From a virus: a DNA stretch of 64,000 bases. The DNA lies in the IMG/VR virus record IMGVR_UViG_3300043444_000140, positions 1 through 64,000 of that record; one strand, written 5' to 3'. The notes beneath the pieces were generated by a model that saw only the letters and a list, made by a program, of their open reading frames with translations, was not told where the DNA came from and searched no databases. Positions 56,301 to 64,000 of the stretch are shown here, in pieces. Each line of letters begins with the position of its first letter. Positions within the stretch are counted from its first letter, which is position 1. A program made the position numbers and the translations under genes.

Positions 56301-59300
56301 AAGTACGTAGATACAACAAAGACTACTGCAAAAGCAACCATGAAGAGGTTCATGTCTCAAAACGAAGAGCAGGGGAAAAACCTAAGACCGTTATACAACA
56401 GGAAGGCTGCACAACAGGCTGGAGGAGACTTTGCTCACGTAGAAGATAGCAGGGAAGTTTCTGCACAGTATGTTCTAGACAACAGCCCAAACCTTCAGGC
56501 AGGGCACAGAGAGAGACTGGAAAGACTAGTTGCAAATAATCCAGATTATAAGGTTATGGCTGGAAGTGGCTTGGGCTTTACTCAGTCAAATGCACTTAAT
56601 CTAAAAATGAGCAGAGGGAAAAAGAGTGCTCCTGTAGAAGAATTTTTGGCAGATTTTGAATCAAGAGGTGTCGGAAAATGGACCCAGAGTGCTGAGATTG
56701 CTGGTCTTAAGATGGCAGATATTTCTGACGAACTAAAGATTTACGACGACGCACTTGCTGCTGGGGTAAGGCAATGGCAAGGAATGAATCCAACTCTTGA
56801 GTTGACCCAGCAAGAGTTTGCAAACATAGAGCGTAACGTTAGAACAACTATCGCACCACAAATACCAGTTGTCGCTCAGGCTTTTGGAGATCTTGCAAAT
56901 GAACTACATGATCTAAGATACCTTGTGGGAGAAAAGGAATTTGCAGCAACTGGAATTAAGAAGAACCCATATAGACAGTTCCCAAGAAAGGGCAAAAAAT
57001 CCGCAACTGATGCATTGTCTCCAGTGCCACTAAGCGAAATGCCACTAACACTTTCAAATGAATTTGCAGATGAAGCAGCGGTACAGGCACAGACAAAGTC
57101 TCCATCTAAGAGAACACGCAAGGTAGCAAAAGACACTGTTGATGGATACGTTCTTGAACTTGAGAATGGTGAAGCAAGAGTTGCAGAAGCAGCAGCCACA
57201 GCAGAAAAGAAGCGTGGTAAGATGGCTGGCATTGGCGACAAGGCATCTGGGTTCTTTGCAAGAAGAAAGCAACAGGCTGCACTAGACAAGCAGATGGCTG
57301 CAGAAAGAACTGCCATTGCGTCTGAGTTGCTTCTAGCAACCGATAAGGAGTACGGGGCACTTGCTGCACAAAGACAACTCTTAAACAGAAAGGTAACACT
57401 AACTGACGCAGAGTATGCTGACCTATTAAAGACCATCAACTTGATGGGGGTAAAGGAAGCAGAGATTGCTACCGACATCAAGAACAATGGTGCTGAGTCT
57501 AAGGTACTTAAAGAGAGAATTGCCCTTGCTGCAGAACGTGGCATTGCAATTAATGCTGAACAGGCTGCAAACCTAAAGGAACAAAAACTAAGTCGTCGTG
57601 AAAGACTGGGCAACTTCGTCAGGGGTGGTGCTGGAAGAATGTCTGGAATCGGCATGACAGCATCTATGGTTGCTGGCTCATTGACGATGATTCCTGGAGC
57701 AATTGGAGAAATGGCACAGAGCATTACCCCAGTAATTGGTGGCTTGTCTATGATGTCTATGATGATTCAGGGTCCAGTTAGTGCTGGTATCGTAGGACTA
57801 GTCGCTGCCATCGGTGCAGTTGTTTATGGATTTATGCAATACAACGCATCAATTGACAAGGGTATTGACAAGGCTCTTGCATTTGGAGATGCTCTAGGAA
57901 GCGGTACAAAGGCTATGCAGGGCTTGGCAGAGTTTGCTGGTAACGTAACCGCATCAGAAGTCCTAGATAGACGTAGAACTCAGGCTGTAAACCCATATCA
58001 GGTTGTAAGCGGTAAGACGACCTTTGGAGAGTCATACCTAGAGTCTGATGGTGGCAAGGCAATGGCTAAGGCTATCGGAGACCAGGCTAAGGTTTCTGGT
58101 AAGGCTGGCGTTGGTGGAAACATGAAGAACCAACTAGTATCTGCTGTTCTTTCTGGGGCATTGGGTGCAGCACAGGCTAGAAGCATTGCAGTTAATCTTG
58201 GTAGAGAACTTGGCGACGAAGAACTGGGTATTAGAGTTGCTGGAGAAATTGCAGAACTTGTGGGTCCAAATGGAGAAAACGTTCTTAAGGATGGCTTGGC
58301 TATTAGGGTCAAGATGATGCAAGAAACTAGAGGTCAGATTGGAAGTTCTGCAGCAAACCTAAACCAAATGGGTGGCTTTACAGGAACAGAAATGCTTCAG
58401 ACTGGTGGTGGCATCGCAGCAGGTGCAGGTGCTGGAGCCGTTGCAGGTGCAGTGATTGGATCATTCCTTGGACCAATTGGAACTGGTGTTGGGGCTATTG
58501 TCGGAACTATTGCAGGTGGAATCACTGGTGGTCTTCTAGGTGCTCAAGAACATGCAGAACGTCTGGGGTATCTAGCAGGAGCAACCGTATCTATTCAGTC
58601 AACTGCACTAGAGCAACAAAAGCAAATGCTAGACTCTCTAGAACTAGACTACGAGAAGCGTATTGAGGCTGCCAAGGCTGCTGGCGACACCGCAAAGGCA
58701 GATGAACTTCAGAACAAGTTGATTGCTGAAAGACAAAATCTTCTAAAGCAGAACGCACTCACCCAGCAAACAATTACTGATTCGTTTAAGAATTCACAAT
58801 ACCAGAATGAGATGATGGCTGGTGTAGACAAGGCTATCGAGAAAAAGTACAAAGACACCCCAATGGAGGACATCGCCAAGGTCGCAAGAGACAAACTAGG
58901 TGGCATCCAAAATAGAGAACAGCAATTCACCATGAAGATGCTTCTCAATACAAACGTAGATCCATTGCAGATGCTTGCCATTACAGACATCATGGGCACC
59001 GACCAATCAGCAATCTCTAAGGTTCTAAACATTAATGCAAACCTTGGTGGATCAAACCTAAACCAGGTAATGGCAATCTCTGGACTATTTACTGACCAAA
59101 ATGGCAAGCCAGCCACCCAAATTCAAAAAGACTTCATTATCAGGATGTCTTCCGTTACAGACGGAGAGCAAGCAAACAAGTTGATGACTCTATACTCAGA
59201 ACTTGGAAAGTCTGGTATGGGATGGGTAAATGCTTCGGTACTTGTTGACTTTGTATCAAAGAACCCAGCACTCGAAACCAAGTTGATGAATGATATCCAA

Positions 59301-62003
59301 GAGATCAAAGATCTTCGAGGCAATAAACTTTCAGTAGACATTGTGTCAAAGGCAAGTATCTTGAATGCAGACGAGATGGCAATCCTTAGAGATGACATGG
59401 AGTACTTCAATAGCATTGACACTAAAGAAGGACAACAACTATACTTGCAGACCGTTGCAACATATTCTGGAGTTGCAAAGATTGATGACCCAGGATTCCA
59501 GTCTTGGCTAGCAGCCGAGGGTAAGGCGTACAGGGCAGACTCTTATGGATGGATCAAGTATGTAGAGTGGCTAGCACAGAGAGCAACCAACACGAGAATT
59601 GGTGCCAATGCCTTTGCAAAGGACCCTAACGATACTCCTAGCAGCACAAGCAGTGGTCCATCAGCATCTTGGCTAGACGATTACGTTAAGGGCGTTAGAG
59701 ACCTAACAAATGCTTCTCAGGGTCTAACAGTTGGCTATGCAGCCTCGGCAAAGGCTTTAGATGCTTTTGCAAAGAAGAGTTCAAGTTTTAAGAATTCATT
59801 TAATGGTCTTGCCAATAACCTATATGCCTCTGGTATTAGCCAGGACATCATTGACAACATTCTTGGTATGCCAAAGGAAGAAGCCGAAAAAGAAATGAAG
59901 CGATTCTTTGACAAGAATGGCAAGGTAACAGAATTCCTAAAGAGGCTTCAAAAAACAGCAGCAATCACCAGAATTGCCAAAACAGTAGAGTCTGGACTGC
60001 AGTCAACAAGGTCAATCTATGACAGGGTGGATGCAACAAAGGCACTAGCCCTAGGCAATAAGAACGCAGCACTAACCTCAGAAATGCTTGCTGATTCAGA
60101 TATGGTTGTTGCCCTTGCAGGTGTAAAACTTATTGGCAACCTAAAGGATCAGAAGGATGCTGTAGAGAAGTTGACCAAGGCAAAACTTGCAAGCCTTGCT
60201 ATGGACAGACTGTCTAAGGGTAAGACTCAGAACGAAATTGATGATGCTCAAATCAAGATTGACGTTCTAGAGGCTGAAAACAACATCTACCAAAATGGAC
60301 TAGACATTATTTCCAAGAAGGCAGAAAAGATTGCAGAAGTTTACGATCGCCAAATCAAGGCACTCCAAGAGGTAAAGTCTGTAAACGACGAAATTTCAAG
60401 ACAAAAGCAGGGCGAACTAGACATTGCGGATGCACTATCTCGTGGTGACATTGGTGCTGCTGCAAAGGCTGCCCAACAACTAAGAGCACAAAATGCACAG
60501 GCTGCTGCAGAGGCACAAATGAAGGCTCTAGAAGATGCAAAGCAGAGAGCAATGGACTCAATAACTGTAGAGATTAATGGTCAAAAACTAACAAGAGCAG
60601 ACCTTGAGCAGAAGATGTATGATATCCAACTCCAGGTTCTTGAGATTAGAAAAGACGAAATTGTTCAAAACGAACTAATTCTTGCACAACAAAGACAAAG
60701 TTTAAACAGCCTTATTGCTCAAACAGCAGAGCAGATTAAGAGAAATGCTGAAGCAGGCAAGCCAATTACCCAAACCATTACTAAGGTCATTAAGACTGTC
60801 AGTTCTGGTAGTGGTGGCAATGGCGGAGGAAATCCAAATACAACTAATAACAACGATCCAAAAACAGAACTACCAACAACAATAACTCCACCAACCGCCA
60901 AGAGTTTGCTTGGTATTGGAACAAGCAAAGCAAAAGACTCGTCAGTAATTAAGAGCATGGATCCAAAAACAAGCAGTGACAAAGCCATCAAGGACTTTGG
61001 AACATTGTTTGCCGAAGGAGATAAGAGTGGGTTCACAAACTATGCAACAGATGCGATTGCCAAGCGAGCACTAAGTGCAGACAAGTATAAGGACTGGAAA
61101 GCATGGTTTGAAAAGTATTCTGCAGCAGAGACCATGGTCTCTTCGCTATACGGTACGAATGCAAAGACTGTTCTTGGAAGCATTAAAACTGGAACAAGAA
61201 ACAAAGAAAATATTAACAATATTGCTACAAGCATGTACAATGCTTATGGTGCCAAAGTAACAGGGGAGCAAAAAACCGAAGGCTTTGCAGACCTGTCTCC
61301 AGAACTTCGTGGAGCACTTAACTATCTGGTAACCCTAAATAGCAGTTTCCAGGCAAACAAGCAAGAACTTGCAACCGCTACAAGCACCATTAAGGGTTAT
61401 AAGTCAGCATATGAAAAGATTGACAGTCTTGCATCTATGAGAAAAACCTGGAGTGACGCTAAGGGTGCAGCAAAGAAGAATACAGAATATCAAAAACTAA
61501 TAGATGCTTATGGAGCATCCTTCGATTCAGATGTTCAGAAATACCTAACTTCTAGCAACTTGATGAAGCAAAATGTGTCCAACGCATATTCAACCAGGAA
61601 AGCACTGATAGACGCAAAATACAAAGAGTCAGACTTTTCTTGGATTCCAGGATACTTCTCTGGAATTGTGACACAAAACCCTGCATACAATGCAGATGTG
61701 AATAAGATTATTCCATCTAAGATTAAGTACTACTCTGTAGGAGATCTTGCAAAGGGCACCGACGTTGTCCCTGCAATGCTAACACCAGGTGAGTTTGTGG
61801 TCACTCAGCCAGCAGTTAAGAACTTTGGGGTAGACAATCTAAGGGCAATCAATAGTGGCACCTACGGCGGAGATTCAGTGTATAATTATAGTGTCAATGT
61901 AAATGTCTCTAATACAGGTGCTAATGCAAATGATATTGCCAGAACCGTAATGACACAGATTAAGCAAATTGACGCACAAAGACTTAGGAGCAACAATCTA
62001 TAA
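53307..62003 (+). CDS. Tape measure protein with inserted nucleotidyltransferase-like domain
   Basis: 2898 aa, Ala-rich helical, TP901-type core, TM-like segments, GPGTGTSDS repeats. Confidence 0.92.
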   Translation: MADSQTNININIDTSQALANLQALQSQISAFQTSMARGTATQAANAAKLRQNLINDINATKKFAAGITDIKTTTESFTTSLEKNKFSMGQYFKYAGGATKNFGKLFKTEMATIDKVARERVKDLQTQYIQLGRDANGAMKAISVRPLVLDMENLGTKTAIAAQKQQILNQLLKQGSTNMLNWGKNTQWAGRQLMVGFTVPLTMAGTAAAKAFMDMEQAAIKFSRVYGSFGTTTKDVDAMVDSVKRLASEFTKYGVAVSDTMTMAADAAAAGKEGVELLEQVTNATRLAILGNVDQQQALETTMSLTNAFGIAAEELTGKINFLNAVENQTVTAIEDLTIAIPKAAPVIQQLGGDVEDLAFFLTAMKEGGINASEGANALKSGLASLINPTNKASEFLQSFGINVKNIVESNMGDVKGLVVEFASALDTLDPLNRARAIEQMFGKFQFSRLSTLFQNVIDEGSQANKVLGLTRATSEELAILSERELKKVESSPMFKFQKSIEDIKAKLVPIGEAFLKAITPVIDFVGKFLDGFNKMSEGAKSFWITTTAILAGVGPALLMTVGLVANGIANLIKMFASIKSFINRTSQDTNALGESTSYMTAEQIRAAAVAASLEQVHQTLEQRFTSEAASVDKLTQAYGRNIAAQSAYSNANLIPTTPVRGAKKFATGGFVSGPGTGTSDSIPAMLSNGEAVIPAKSVAQNPDLVRGLIAGNVKGYSQGGIANGKAVVAFGAHQPFTVAHEMIARMGMDMAAESGATFKQFSTAQGKSKRSLLTDDLKKKLIQESIGITPDITKNPFTLMESLSAQGIKDVTLLLGQDRMAAGVFDKAAADYGITLRKVAIPRDPGSPSGTETRLAISNNNTRRYQELIASGASQATKDEVFKQMKSAMSMPKMAKGGIVSGPGTGTSDSVPTLLSRGEAVIPAKSVASNPELVRGLIANNIPGFSEGFDSTGLISAAMAKYRGSKPEVFQAQFERELEDILKTTGDTQTMLLEQLQKYVDTTKTTAKATMKRFMSQNEEQGKNLRPLYNRKAAQQAGGDFAHVEDSREVSAQYVLDNSPNLQAGHRERLERLVANNPDYKVMAGSGLGFTQSNALNLKMSRGKKSAPVEEFLADFESRGVGKWTQSAEIAGLKMADISDELKIYDDALAAGVRQWQGMNPTLELTQQEFANIERNVRTTIAPQIPVVAQAFGDLANELHDLRYLVGEKEFAATGIKKNPYRQFPRKGKKSATDALSPVPLSEMPLTLSNEFADEAAVQAQTKSPSKRTRKVAKDTVDGYVLELENGEARVAEAAATAEKKRGKMAGIGDKASGFFARRKQQAALDKQMAAERTAIASELLLATDKEYGALAAQRQLLNRKVTLTDAEYADLLKTINLMGVKEAEIATDIKNNGAESKVLKERIALAAERGIAINAEQAANLKEQKLSRRERLGNFVRGGAGRMSGIGMTASMVAGSLTMIPGAIGEMAQSITPVIGGLSMMSMMIQGPVSAGIVGLVAAIGAVVYGFMQYNASIDKGIDKALAFGDALGSGTKAMQGLAEFAGNVTASEVLDRRRTQAVNPYQVVSGKTTFGESYLESDGGKAMAKAIGDQAKVSGKAGVGGNMKNQLVSAVLSGALGAAQARSIAVNLGRELGDEELGIRVAGEIAELVGPNGENVLKDGLAIRVKMMQETRGQIGSSAANLNQMGGFTGTEMLQTGGGIAAGAGAGAVAGAVIGSFLGPIGTGVGAIVGTIAGGITGGLLGAQEHAERLGYLAGATVSIQSTALEQQKQMLDSLELDYEKRIEAAKAAGDTAKADELQNKLIAERQNLLKQNALTQQTITDSFKNSQYQNEMMAGVDKAIEKKYKDTPMEDIAKVARDKLGGIQNREQQFTMKMLLNTNVDPLQMLAITDIMGTDQSAISKVLNINANLGGSNLNQVMAISGLFTDQNGKPATQIQKDFIIRMSSVTDGEQANKLMTLYSELGKSGMGWVNASVLVDFVSKNPALETKLMNDIQEIKDLRGNKLSVDIVSKASILNADEMAILRDDMEYFNSIDTKEGQQLYLQTVATYSGVAKIDDPGFQSWLAAEGKAYRADSYGWIKYVEWLAQRATNTRIGANAFAKDPNDTPSSTSSGPSASWLDDYVKGVRDLTNASQGLTVGYAASAKALDAFAKKSSSFKNSFNGLANNLYASGISQDIIDNILGMPKEEAEKEMKRFFDKNGKVTEFLKRLQKTAAITRIAKTVESGLQSTRSIYDRVDATKALALGNKNAALTSEMLADSDMVVALAGVKLIGNLKDQKDAVEKLTKAKLASLAMDRLSKGKTQNEIDDAQIKIDVLEAENNIYQNGLDIISKKAEKIAEVYDRQIKALQEVKSVNDEISRQKQGELDIADALSRGDIGAAAKAAQQLRAQNAQAAAEAQMKALEDAKQRAMDSITVEINGQKLTRADLEQKMYDIQLQVLEIRKDEIVQNELILAQQRQSLNSLIAQTAEQIKRNAEAGKPITQTITKVIKTVSSGSGGNGGGNPNTTNNNDPKTELPTTITPPTAKSLLGIGTSKAKDSSVIKSMDPKTSSDKAIKDFGTLFAEGDKSGFTNYATDAIAKRALSADKYKDWKAWFEKYSAAETMVSSLYGTNAKTVLGSIKTGTRNKENINNIATSMYNAYGAKVTGEQKTEGFADLSPELRGALNYLVTLNSSFQANKQELATATSTIKGYKSAYEKIDSLASMRKTWSDAKGAAKKNTEYQKLIDAYGASFDSDVQKYLTSSNLMKQNVSNAYSTRKALIDAKYKESDFSWIPGYFSGIVTQNPAYNADVNKIIPSKIKYYSVGDLAKGTDVVPAMLTPGEFVVTQPAVKNFGVDNLRAINSGTYGGDSVYNYSVNVNVSNTGANANDIARTVMTQIKQIDAQRLRSNNL

Positions 62004-62659
62004 TGACCACATCGTCTTATATGGCAGGAAGAAAGAAGTACGCCAGACCACAGGCACTACTACTCTCTGATGTTCCAGGAACCCTAACAGAGGATGGATT
62101 CTACGTACCAGTAGGATACGAGTTGGGGTCTAACGAAGATATTGTTTCTGCATCATCGGAAGACCTGGGTACATTTCTAATCCTGTCAGACGACAACCGT
62201 CAAGACATTTCTTTCAAGCCTATCCGAATCGAAAAGCGTGAGCGTATGATTAATGGTCGTATGCGTTCATACCACGTAGCAGACAAGTTGCAGATATCCA
62301 CATCTTGGGAAAGACTGCCATCAAGAAGTTTTGCATCTTCTCCAGAATTTGACGAAGAGGGAAACCCAGTTCTAAGAACCAAGTCTACTCTTGCTTCTGG
62401 AATGAGCCAGATGTTTACAACAGATGGTGGTGCAGGTGGCGTTGAGTTGCTAGACTGGTATGAAAACCACAAGGGATCGTTCTGGCTATTTCTATCTTAC
62501 GACAGACATGATAATTTTGTGGGGGACTACAAATATAACCAGTTGCACAAGTACTCAGACATTATAGAAGTATTCTTTACAGACTTCTCATACTCTGTAG
62601 AAAAAAGAGGACAGGGCTTTGACTTTTGGAACATATCCTTTAGCCTGGAAGAGGTATAG
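62003..62659 (+). CDS. Putative distal tail protein
   Basis: Follows TMP; RMINGRMR, ends FSLEEV. Confidence 0.6.
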   Translation: MTTSSYMAGRKKYARPQALLLSDVPGTLTEDGFYVPVGYELGSNEDIVSASSEDLGTFLILSDDNRQDISFKPIRIEKRERMINGRMRSYHVADKLQISTSWERLPSRSFASSPEFDEEGNPVLRTKSTLASGMSQMFTTDGGAGGVELLDWYENHKGSFWLFLSYDRHDNFVGDYKYNQLHKYSDIIEVFFTDFSYSVEKRGQGFDFWNISFSLEEV

Positions 62660-62661
62660 GA

Positions 62662-64000
62662 ATGTTTTATGATGCAAAACTACAAGAACACCTGGAGACA
62701 TCTTCTTCAGTAAAGAATAAATCGCTAATCGTTGCCGAATGGAACATGAATATTCCAGACAACATTTCTATGGTGGGCAACTATCGCTATAGAAAAGACT
62801 CAGCCACATACAGGTTTCTTCCAGTACAGTTTTTGGAAAATGATCCAGCCCACAAAGGTGCGACTCTATCAGACGTAGTTGTTGACAACGGATTTGACGT
62901 TGACGATAACCCAATTCAATTCTCTTCTGCAGACAAGAAAGAAAGTTTCTATTACTCGCTTGACGAGTGTCTTGGCAAGTTTCGTCCACGCTCTGGAATT
63001 AACAAGGTAAGGTTCTTTGGACAGGATTCGGGCGTACACTTTCTAAATGGAACAACAGAAAATGGCTTGGGTCAGTCATTCCTTGACACGAATAGACCAA
63101 GATACTATGCTCCAGATAAGGGAGATAAGTTTAAGTACTGGACATCATTTAGATTTGAAAGTGGACTAGAGTATGGAGTAGCCAATAAGGCTATAGCAGG
63201 ATCTGCGGAGTACAAGATTGACGATGCAGTGCCATTTGTTGTATACAAAGACAGTGTTCCTGCAAACAGGGTAGTTGTCAAGATGCAAACAAATGTGGGA
63301 ACCGTTACTGTTGGACCAGTATTGACAGAGCAGGGAACCATTCCAGACCCACTATATGGAATAAGCAACGCAACTGTGCCAGTTAGATGGAAGATTCAAG
63401 GTCTAGTAGGCAACAACTGGGAAGATCTAAAGTCCTTTGATTCTAACTCTATTAGAAGAAGCGGTAAACCAATCATCGGTGAAGATGGATATGTAGAACT
63501 ATCGTATGGATTGATTGTGCCAGAAGAATATAGGGATATCTTTATTCAGGCAGAGACATATTATACTGCATCAGTGCTACCAATTAAGGCTGTCAACGGG
63601 TACGCATACCTGATTAAGAATTCTCTAGACGATGTAGGGACATACCACATCTGGATTGATGATGCACAAGAGTACAAGACGTTTGTTCCAAAGTACGGTT
63701 GGGAAGTTGCAGAAGAGACTGTAGACAGATTCACACACTACGTAGTTGACACAACCAATCCAGACAACTTTAAGGACACTACTAATCAGTTTAGAAAGAC
63801 ATTCAGAGAGTACCAAGAACTTCGTGGAATTAGAATTGTGGTAGACTCTATGAAAAAGTTTGACTCTACCTTCGACCTAATTGAGATGTCTACACGCCTA
63901 GCAGTAAACATAACCGAAAAGACAAAGAGCGTATCTGTTAAGAAGATAGCGTCCGATCTAGGAATTAGCGGTCTTCCTGTTGGACAACTATTAGCATCTA
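62662..64000 (+). CDS. Large tail tip/baseplate protein, truncated by window
   Basis: ATG 62662 after GAGG; MFYDAKLQEHL...AEWNMN; appears open to the end. Confidence 0.6.
   Translation, partial: MFYDAKLQEHLETSSSVKNKSLIVAEWNMNIPDNISMVGNYRYRKDSATYRFLPVQFLENDPAHKGATLSDVVVDNGFDVDDNPIQFSSADKKESFYYSLDECLGKFRPRSGINKVRFFGQDSGVHFLNGTTENGLGQSFLDTNRPRYYAPDKGDKFKYWTSFRFESGLEYGVANKAIAGSAEYKIDDAVPFVVYKDSVPANRVVVKMQTNVGTVTVGPVLTEQGTIPDPLYGISNATVPVRWKIQGLVGNNWEDLKSFDSNSIRRSGKPIIGEDGYVELSYGLIVPEEYRDIFIQAETYYTASVLPIKAVNGYAYLIKNSLDDVGTYHIWIDDAQEYKTFVPKYGWEVAEETVDRFTHYVVDTTNPDNFKDTTNQFRKTFREYQELRGIRIVVDSMKKFDSTFDLIEMSTRLAVNITEKTKSVSVKKIASDLGISGLPVGQLLAS

Noticed and set aside
53384-61240. Long antisense ORFs opposite the TMP and other structural genes
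   Set aside because: Shadow ORFs caused by codon bias; no RBS, promoter or recognisable motifs
1-64000. tRNA/rRNA genes, terminase, integrase, stop-codon recoding
   Set aside because: None recognised by eye; genes end normally in TAA, TAG and TGA. tRNAscan was not run

Overview
64-kb segment of a large tailed dsDNA phage (siphovirus layout), very probably infecting an actinobacterium. Host evidence: a PASTA domain, an MSMEG_6728-type glycosylase, AGAAAGG ribosome-binding sites, many leaderless genes and GAAC-N4-GTTC SOS boxes. There are three zones. (1) 1-8.4 kb: accessory genes (Stealth-like transferase, SLT transglycosylase, pyrimidine-dimer glycosylase-like, RtcB, lipoprotein). (2) 8.4-24.6 kb: a non-coding repeat/DnaA-box block, then ~15 kb of small, mostly leftward, probably early genes (DUF932, gp88-like, Zn-finger microproteins). 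(3) 24.7-64 kb: virion genes (fibres, NlpC/P60, portal, protease/scaffold, capsid, neck, tail tube, chaperones, 2898-aa tape measure, tail tip). The most striking signal is the non-coding architecture of zone 2. Genes are tiled as promoter-RBS-ORF cassettes behind an unusual AATGTC-N12-TAnnnT promoter (~28 copies). Roughly every kb a composite spacer carries a fixed-spacing GGGG-N16-CGTAA motif, GACACGCC boxes, a GGRTCGAYCC core with a tetraloop hairpin and, in some spacers, DnaA, LexA or MtrA-like boxes. Every GATC I found between 13.0 and 24.5 kb lies in these spacers and none in the genes. Other notable items: a nucleotidyltransferase domain inside the tape measure, tail chaperones G/GT made by gene duplication rather than frameshift, two parallel Cys-rich fibre-tip modules (one split at a hairpin apex), a covarying 3'-UTR pseudoknot and tandem micro-metallothionein-like peptides. 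All counts and family calls were made by eye; no searches were run.
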